DNA of 51,789 nucleotides, filler included, from Circinaria calcarea (Eukaryota): NCBI GenBank assembly GCA_051942165.1. It is 3 parts of 3 records of this genome, joined end to end, with 100 filler letters (N's around TTAATTAATTAA, not from the genome) between each part and the next. Parts side by side here need not be neighbours in the genome. Positions count along the whole stretch, not along the records: positions 34,605 to 51,789 come from JAVECS010000283.1; 2 more parts are not named here. One strand, 5' to 3'. Shown piece by piece: positions 44,099 to 51,789 of this stretch (position 1 is its first letter; each line of letters starts with the position of its first letter). The notes under the pieces were generated by a model. It saw only the letters and a program-made list of their open reading frames with translations, ran no database searches and was not told where the DNA came from. The position numbers and the translations under genes were made by a program.

Positions 44099-45019
44099 GG
44101 TTCCGACGAGAGTAAAGTTGTACTGGCACTATAATGCATATATAGCAAATTGGAAGAGAAAGGCAAGCAAAGGAAGACGGTATTTAACACAGAACATCGA
44201 GAGTGCTGAACTGATCAAGAGGAGTGCACCATCGGAACCACCCAGGCAATTTTCTGCAACCCATCCTCCTGCACAAGACGATTGAACGATTTCCTATTAA
44301 GGCAGCCATAGCTGGTTATCTTCTATCGATTAACCCGATTTCATTATGCGGCGGTAAGGCGTCGAGTCACCCACAACTGTAGTTTCGAAAAGAACTCCCC
44401 TTAGCGCCAATCAACGTAAGCCTACCAGCGGGCCGTTCCCTTCGAGAGAATGACGTGCGGTGCAGCGGGTGGCCTAAAACATGGTCCCGTCCCCGAGCCC
44501 CTGCAGGTGTGCTGGAAGCTAATATGCACAGTAAATTCAATGTGGTGTGAGCTAGGACATTAAAAGCTTCGTATATGCAGGTGCCAGCTCCAACTGGTTG
44601 ATGGTAAGTTCCCGAGCCGGGTATCTGTCCTTGGCGCTTCCGCTAACAAGTCATATCCCCGGATCCACGTACCATCCTCCTTACGAGTAACTTCGCAATC
44701 CTCGATCCCTTCAGAGTTGGGCCTCGAGGCAGCGTCGCCGTGGCGCCAGCTGACACCTGATAAGCAGTGCCGAAGCTCGCTAAGCATGCAACTGCCTACC
44801 CTGGAGATGTTCTATTCCACTGCATAAGGTAGTATTGGATTGACGCATTACCAATTCATGTTTCCCAAGGCAACAAACTACGGAGCACAGTCACCTGTCC
44901 CTCAGCATTGTGGGAGTTGGCATTGTTTGATTATCGATGCAAATCAGATACTATCTAATTCCATCAACGCCAATAACTTATGGCCAAAGGCATTGCCCTG
45001 TACGCATGGTCCCCCATGC

Positions 45020-45301
45020 TTATTTGTCGTTGATGGCGTGATAGGCATACACCACATCCTCATCCCGGTCGATGTCTGGATACACAATGTACTCGTCAAC
45101 ATCTAAGGCTGTCAACTCCTTGATCTTCTATTCGCTACCAAGTCCATGTTTTACCTTGAGTATCTGCTCGCGTTTTCAGAGCTACGTGCCTATGTTAGTG
45201 ATTGTACAATAGTTCTGAGATCTGTACCTACAATCAAAGGACAGTGGTGCAGCACATGCCATAATGCCCAGGCTGAGGATAATAAATGCGGAGATATGCA
45301 T
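45020..45301 (-). CDS. Small secreted 59-aa peptide; candidate RiPP (dikaritin-type) precursor; exons 45232-45301, 45155-45181, 45020-45102
   Basis: Spliced product is MHISAFIILSLGIMACAAPLSFDSLKTRADTQDVDEYIVYPDIDRDEDVVYAYHAINDK*. Intron 1 is 50 nt (GTAGGT..CTAAC..TAG) and intron 2 is 52 nt (GTAAAA..TTGAC..TAG). It has a hydrophobic signal peptide and two imperfect acidic repeats, and sits next to DUF3328 genes. Confidence 0.85.
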
Positions 45302-45434
45302 ATTGGGGTTTTGGTGAAACGAGGTTTAAGTTGTGTGTGAAAACTATAGGTAGGTTTATTGAACACGGATTTCGAAAGAGTTCGGTACTTTGATTTCTGG
45401 TCGGAGTGAGATGAACTGAAGTCGGATAAGTGGA

Positions 45435-45442
45435 TACTTATA
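45435..45442 (-). promoter_or_regulatory. Putative TATA box of the precursor gene
   Basis: TATAAGTA on the minus strand ~135 nt upstream of ATG 45301. Confidence 0.45.
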
Positions 45443-46034
45443 GCTTCTGCTGCTACTGCTGCTTTTGTTAGGAGGAGAATCTGTAAGGCATTAATCCGCT
45501 CGGGGCTGATCGGCGGGGCTGAAGTCCAGTCAAGTATGCACACCCTTTCCTGATATGTTGGCTAGTCAACGTCACCTTCCGCATCCCCTTGTGTATCTCC
45601 GCACTGCTTTTCTTCGGTGCCGCATTTTCTGTGTAGTCACGAGTACAGGAGGGACTTTGGTTGCCTCGTATAAGTATATGCTCTCGCACGCGATGAGACC
45701 AATGCATCCACGGAGGCGGCGATTTACCATTGATCGAGGTGCGGCACATTGCAACCTTGTAGACTTATGCAACTGCTGTTTTAGCTCACCACTCACTCCT
45801 TTGTTTTCATGCATATGATTATCCCTTTTATCGTGCTCTGCCTCCGATCTATCATTGCCGCACACTAGTAGCAGAGTCATCCTTAGGCTATCAGAGCTAT
45901 ACTGACGGGCTTGGGAAAACTTAGCGTCCCCACTTATCCCGATGCCTAGGCACTCGGAGACGATTTTTAGGTTACTACTATCTTGAACGTTCCACTTGGC
46001 ATTTAACCTTCAGCTCCAAACGCACTGAAAGAAC

Positions 46035-46928
46035 ATGGCCTCAGAGTTGAAGCCGTTTCTCTTGGAGCGTAAGGTATCAACGGCGATACCAGACCTTGAG
46101 ATATTGGCGACAGATCGAACGTTATACAAGAGGAAAGGAGGCTTTTGTGTCCTCGTTCACCTAACCCTAATAGCCTTTTATACAACAGCTTACTTCCTGT
46201 TTATACGACCTAAGGGTCCTGAGCATGTCTCGTCTTTGTATCGTGAGTAATCGAGGGTTTCACCATAGATTGAAAAGCTTATACTGTGAACAGCGATTGA
46301 TAACTTGTCCATTGTGTACAAGCCTAAGCTGTACACAGACTTTGTGGAGAGCCCCTTCGCCGGCCCTCCAAGTCCCGAAGTTGACAGAGCATGGCATGAT
46401 TTACTCCTCAGTATTACTTTACGTGTTTCGAATTCCGAATTGGCAAGGAGCAACCAGACTTCTGTCGAATTTCCTGAAGGTGGAGGTTACATGGCATGGT
46501 TAGGAGTGTATCATGAACTCCACTGCATCGTAAGTACAGCGCAGAGCACTTGCGAAATTGCTGCCTCTCACAGGATTCCAGAAGATGCTGCGACAATGGA
46601 ATTATCGTGAACATTACCACCCTAATATTACGGTGGGAGAAAGAGTCCATTGGGATATTCATGCAGGTAAGTGCATCCCCGCTGTCCATAAGAGTCTGGT
46701 GACTAATCCACTAGAGACCACTGTCTCGACCTGCTCAGGTCAGCCGCTCTGTGTCATGGAGATACAACATTGACAACTTTTGGATGGGCTGAGCAAACGC
46801 AACCCATGCTGAATACGAGACTAACCCCGCATATGTGTGTAGACTGGGAAGTTTTGATGGACTCTGTGCAGAATCGAGTTGTGAGCCGGGGGGAAGTTGC
46901 AGCGCTGATCAACCCGACTTTGATATAG
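46035..46928 (+). CDS. UstYa-like / DUF3328 oxidase no. 1, 4 exons
   Basis: N-terminal TM helix, then SPFAGPPSPEVDRAWHDLL, GVYHELHCI|KMLR, HA|DHCLDLLRSAALCHGDTTLTTFGW and HMCVDWE. Two HXXHC motifs (HELHC, HADHC). Confidence 0.95.
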
Positions 46929-47232
46929 CATTGCGTGTTGAATGTCTTTGAGTTTAGGAGATTTTTTAGTTATAACTCGTTTATCACTATCTAAGCCGGC
47001 TATACAGCTTTCAAAATGCATTTTTCCACGGTAATCTTCCGAGTATAATTTACTATTATACTTTAGTTATCTACCGCCTACTTCTTGCATACAAAGCCAC
47101 GTGTCTTCAATGTCCCTTTGAAGCGAAACCACGATAAATTCTGAATTTATATTTTGCCAGCACTATCAGAGATGTAACTATATTAAATTTGGAAAATCGT
47201 ACTTCCTCCAAAACAAATATCTCCCTCGGCTT

Positions 47233-48006
47233 TTATAGTTTGACGATCTGCTCTACGTGTTTCTTCATTTGTTGCTCGCTCGTCCATGTCACTAATTGGT
47301 CCCAGTCCTTGCATTGATGTACGGTTCGAAAACCATGTACTCCGTTGATCTTCTCGTCAACGGTTTCTATGGTGGTATCTGCATGGCACATCAAGCTCTG
47401 GCGTAGTAGATCGATGCAGTGTCTGATATGACTTGGTCCTATGTCCACATGCACATCTTCGTCTGTCATTTGGTGGCCATGGACAGCCGCATCATGATTT
47501 GCCCAATAACCTCTCCGAATGTTGTCCTGCGATAGTGTTAGTAATGGAGGCTGCCGATGCATTTGGAAAGAACCTTACCAGGCAATGCAACTGATGAAAG
47601 ACAGAAAAGGTGGACCTGGTTGGAGCAACGGTTGGATGTATGAAAAAGCCACCGTCAACAGGAAATATAGCGCGCCAGGCTCGATTAGTATGATTGGAAG
47701 GAGCCTCGGAGAAGCTTCGATTGTAGAGAAAGACATGATCTATCGTGTGCACTTCGAAATCGATTTTTAGCCATTTCCTTTGCTTCCGGGACTTTTATCC
47801 AAGTACTTACATTCTAGGGTGGAATTGTTTCCTTTGCTCATCGCAGTCTCCTTTGCAACAAAACATACTGCAACACCTACTAAGAACGATAAACATGCCG
47901 TTATCAGAAACACAGCAACTCTCTTCCATCGAAGGCCTGTAGTCCCAGAGTCCTTTATGCTGCTCTTGTCCACTAAAGAATAGCGATAGTTCTGATGCGA
48001 CAACAT
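47233..48006 (-). CDS. UstYa-like / DUF3328 oxidase no. 2, 3 exons
   Basis: N-terminal TM helix, then YNRSFSEAPSNHTNRAW, SVFHQLHCL|DNIR, HIRHCIDLLRQSLMCHADTTIE and GFRTVHQCKDW. Two HXXHC motifs (HQLHC, HIRHC). Confidence 0.95.
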
Positions 48007-48287
48007 GCCTATAGAGATTCCAGTAATTTCAAATGGTTCAGAAAAAAGCTCGTAAAGTTACTAGGCAGAAACAAGCAGGGGAATGATGGGGATTGAACTT
48101 GTGGTGAACCGTTCCGGACCCCTCAACGATCTTCACTGTCGTCATAACGGTAGACAAGGTAGCGGTTGCCTTAGAGGCAAAGTCCTGGTTCCTTCGAAGG
48201 CGACCTGACTATGTGCGTCGGGGGATGTAAGTCGGGGGATAGTAAGTTAGCTGCCTGATCCAGAATCAGACCGAGGCAAAGGCAAGT

Positions 48288-48422
48288 TTAAACCGTTGCT
48301 CTGGCAGACCGAACCGTGCGTTTTTTTGATACAAGGTTAGGATTGGCCAGCTAGGTTGGAACGAACCAGAATCTGGTCCGTTCAAAAAACGCACGGCTCG
48401 GTCTGCCAGAGCAACGGTTTAA
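48288..48422. mobile_element. MITE-like element, 127 bp (48292-48418), ~37-bp terminal inverted repeats, TTAA on both sides
   Basis: Left end ACCGTTGCTCTGGCAGACCGAACCGTGCGTTTTTTTGA versus right end TCAAAAAACGCACGGCTCGGTCTGCCAGAGCAACGGT (1 mismatch, 1 homopolymer indel). TTAA at 48288-48291 and 48419-48422. Confidence 0.75.
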
Positions 48423-48962
48423 GAGATAGACGCCACACATCTGGCCCGCTTCCCGCAGATCCGGTTATGCGTGTGGTTGTGTGGGGCGCTATGATATCTA
48501 GCAATATTAGTAGATATCAGGTATCACACCGTGGCACGGACGAGAATACCTTACTCCGTATGGAGGACTCTCTAATTGAGCCCTAAACCCGTCGCGCTTC
48601 CTAGTGTAGGATCATCATCCGATCTTGCATATGGATGGCATGAGTCATTGTGCTTGCTGTTCAGCTCTGTGCCGCCGACGTGCTACCGACTTGAAGCTCT
48701 CGGAGAACCAAATGCAGGGTCGGCAGAGAGGTGGAGAGGACTCTACAAGATGTAACCTCGTCTTAAGCCCGGCTACGAAACGGCTAGTCCAAAAGTCCTA
48801 AGCTGTATGCAGATACTACCACACATATGCACGAGTACTTTGTATGGCAGCCACGAATAACACCCAGGCTTCTCTGTATGGCAGAGCACTGAACTGCATG
48901 GCAGCTGTTCACGAAAGGAGCAATAGCTGCTCACCAAAGGTTACTGCTTCAGCCATCCTTAG

Positions 48963-49063
48963 TTGTTAGGGTCAAGTGGACACCCATCTCATTCTCACCC
49001 AAGCTGCTCTACTAATTGTCAGGGTCAAGTGGATGCCCACCTCATTCTCAACCATGCTGCTCT
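48963..49063. repeat. Direct tandem duplication, two 48-bp copies, period 53
   Basis: ttgttagggtcaagtggacacccatctcattctcacccaagctgctct versus ttgtcagggtcaagtggatgcccacctcattctcaaccatgctgctct. Confidence 0.9.
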
Positions 49064-49304
49064 GCCATGTCTGATATCCCAAAGTCAACAGCTGAATTTC
49101 GAGTTTAAAGACTAGTCGTCTAAACCCAGATTCATGAGCTTGCGGAGCCTAGCAGGTCAACTCTACCGTATGCATGTATACCTTCCTCATCCTTATCCAG
49201 CTAAGGTGCCAGTAGTTAAAAGCGTCCTTACCTCCGAGCCTATAGTACCTGATCAGCACGAATCTTCTATTTGTCGAACAAGTTTATATTTCAAGGTCGA
49301 TAAG

Positions 49305-50731
49305 ATGTCGGAAAACGATTCTTTGCCAAGCTTACCCAAAGCAATAACGGCCCAAAGCAGAATCATGGAGCTTGCGTCAGCCATTTGCATTCGAACCGCT
49401 GAGATAGACGGCTTCCTTACTGGCCAGGACCTACCCAAACCCTCATTTGCGGTCGATGCACTTGTGGTAACGCCGTTGCCTGAAGATATTTCCGCTTCAA
49501 GAGACGCAGTTCTCGATGCCATGGATGAACTGCATGCCCTTATTCTTGGACCGTTGCATTCCCTCATGCGGCTCACTAGCCCAGCTGTAGGTCTATTCGA
49601 GCCTTTCAATTGAAGGTGTCGTGCTTATAAAGCCCTGCAGGTTAATATCTTCATGAGCCTTCAAGCTATACACCGATTCAAGATTGCCAGCAACCTTGCC
49701 CTAGATGAACAAGTATCTTATAAAGAGCTGGGGTCCCGATGCGGACTGAGCGAATCCAATATCAAAAGATTTCTCCGCCTTGCCATAGCAAATCGGATAT
49801 TCCTGGAGCCTCGAAAAGGGTTTGTGCGTCATACAGCGTCATCGAGGCTGCTAGCAGAGCTGCCAGCCCTCGACCAATGGATTGGGCTTGTATGTGAGGA
49901 GATGTGGCCGTCAGCTACCCGCGCTGTTGACGCAATGATTAGATGGCCAGGGTCTGAAGAACCGATTCATACGGGATGGCATCTTGTGAACAACAAAGAT
50001 GGCCCTTTTTTCACTGAAATTGCAAAATCCCCGGAGCGCCACAGAAGGTTTGCGGACGCTATGCATTTTATTCAAAACGTTCCGCAGTTTGACCCGTCTT
50101 ATCTGATCAATAATCTTGGCTGGGATGATCCTAATCGTCCTAAGCTTATAGTGGATATCGGAGGCTCCCATGGCTCAATAGCTATCGAGATGCTCAAGAA
50201 GTTCCCCTCCTTACGATGCATAGTGGAGGATCGACCAGAAATTATCGCCGATGCGAAGGTTCCTGCCCAATTCGAAGGTCGTCTCAGTTTCAGGGAGCAG
50301 GACTTCTTCACAGAACAAGGCGTAAAGGGTGCGGATGTCTATTTCTTCCGCTCTGTATTTCACGATTGGTCAGACTCGTATGCCCTTCGAATTCTCCGAA
50401 ACCTGGTCCCTGCGCTCAAGCCCGGGGCAAAGATCATTCTGAATGAGATTTGTCTTCCGGAACCTGGCGTGCTTTCGTGTTATCAGGAGCAGTTTCTCAG
50501 GTACGAGACTTCCGCGAAAGGCTGTATCAGAAGTAAAGTTGACCGGTTCGTTCCGTCGATAGGGGTTACGACCTAGCCATGAAACAAAACCTCAATGCCA
50601 AAGAACGCGACGCGGATGAGTGGTTTGAGCTTTTCCAGAAAGCGGATGCTAGGTTCAAAGTGGTAGGGATTAAAAGCCCACCACAATCGGCCCTGTCTAT
50701 TATAGAGGCAGCATGGGAATGCACGGCCTAG
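49305..50731 (+). CDS. SAM-dependent O-methyltransferase (Methyltransf_2, OmtA-like), 3 exons
   Basis: N-terminal dimerisation/winged-helix region, then LIVDIGGSHGS, QDFFTEQGVKGADVYFFRSVFHDWSD, LVPALKPGAKI and DLAMKQNLNAKER. Stop at 50729-50731. Confidence 0.93.
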
Positions 50732-50970
50732 ACACTGGAAGGAAAGAGCCGAGAAGCATGCTCGGGGGATTGTTAGTGACAAACGGAAGAAGAGTCACTA
50801 GATATAGATTCATGAAGTATAAAAGTGCAATTTAATATATAGTATCAGAAGTTCTGTATTGTTATATTTGATACCTTACTACGTCTACAGTCTTCCCCCG
50901 TACGCTACTTTACTCTTTGCCTAAGAACGCCGTGCTCACAGTTATTGAAAATCAACCCTCCATGCGAGCT

Positions 50971-51789
50971 TTACAATTCGTTTCTCGGCGCTGTCACGGC
51001 AAAGGTATCCCTGAGGGCGCTGATCGAGGGCGAGAACAGGTACTCGCCTCCTTTGGGCACAACCCACTGCATGCTGAGGGTCAGTGCGGTGCTTTGCATG
51101 TTGGGATCCGTGCCCGAGAGCGTGCGCGATGTGGGATCGGTGGTCTGACCGACAATGGGGTCGAAGCCTGGCGTCACTGGCTTCCGGACTGGGAAATCGG
51201 TATCGTTGCACCAGCCTGAGCCGGGATTTAGTAAATAGCTCATCAGAGGGGGTATCGGAGGAAAGGTGAACCTACTGTGCTGCATGAATTGGAAACCATT
51301 TACAATGCTGCTTTGATACGCCGCGAAGATGAGCCCGCGTCCCTGTTGCGTCTGTCCCGAGGTAGCTTCCTCTGCGGAGACTTCAGGTCCGAACTGAATC
51401 CCGCGACGAATGATCCGACGGTTCTCGGTAGGGAAACCCAAGTCTTCAAGGTCAGCTCGAGGATTCGTCTTGCGGACGTGCGCTGCGAAAGGGCATCGGT
51501 CTTGTGTCTGCTGGTCGCCCGGGAAATCATAGCGGAAGTCGTTGTTACGGTTTGGATCTGTGGCGAGTTCTTTGTCATCCTTCAATGGGGTGATATCGAT
51601 CGGTGCTCCTGCGTGCCATCAGTATATTCATTATAATGACCACAACTGAAGAACAAGCATATAGGACCACGTACCGCTTTTCCATCGCCCCATTAGGCGG
51701 GCCCCGAGGAGCTCAGCACCCTCCTCGGGAGTTATACCAGGGAAAGAGAGAGCATGGTCCTTTGTAAACTTGTCGAATTCAGGAACAAG
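50971..51789 (-). CDS. Dye-decolorizing (DyP-type) heme peroxidase, 3' part; 5' end outside window
   Basis: GRWKSGAPI across an intron, RNNDF, CPFAAHVRKTNPR (proximal His), IIRRGIQFGPE (distal Arg), GLIFAAYQSSIVNGFQFMQ, GFDPIVGQ and WVVPKGGEYLFSPS. Confidence 0.93.

Noticed and set aside
44840..45543. ORF-track frames 44840-45106, 45146-45340 and 45190-45543
   Set aside because: Antisense or wrong-frame shadows of the spliced 59-aa gene.
45468..45880. Short ORFs with KR/RR pairs as alternative RiPP precursors
   Set aside because: No signal peptide and no repeats. They lie in the divergent promoter between the real candidate and UstYa-1.
48963..49063. CRISPR-like repeat-spacer
   Set aside because: Eukaryotic DNA, only two copies, a 5-nt spacer and no cas genes.

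Overview
Intron-containing filamentous ascomycete (Pezizomycotina) DNA in three contigs, joined by two artificial 100-nt linkers (44N-TTAATTAATTAA-44N at 17206-17305 and 34505-34604). Contigs 1-2 carry mostly housekeeping genes: rasA, a molybdopterin-binding/CinA-domain protein, a frameshifted F-box gene, a GMF/ADF-H gene missed by the ORF track, an SDR, a large acidic orphan with internal repeats, a truncated D-amino acid oxidase, a GH5 glucanase, YCF1, a DUF2841-like protein and a truncated SAC3. Contig 3 (34605-end) looks like a secondary-metabolite cluster: two P450s, a PTH11/SAT4-like membrane protein, an MFS exporter, two UstYa/DUF3328 proteins with twin HXXHC motifs, an O-methyltransferase and a DyP peroxidase. 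Manual reading found a 3-exon, 59-aa secreted peptide gene (45020-45301, minus) that the ORF track misses. It lies head-to-head with the first DUF3328 gene and carries two acidic Tyr-containing imperfect repeats (DVDEYIVYP / DRDEDVVYAY) but no dibasic KR repeats. It is a strong candidate precursor for an atypical fungal RiPP (dikaritin-type) pathway. All family calls come from motif recognition by eye; no database searches were run.
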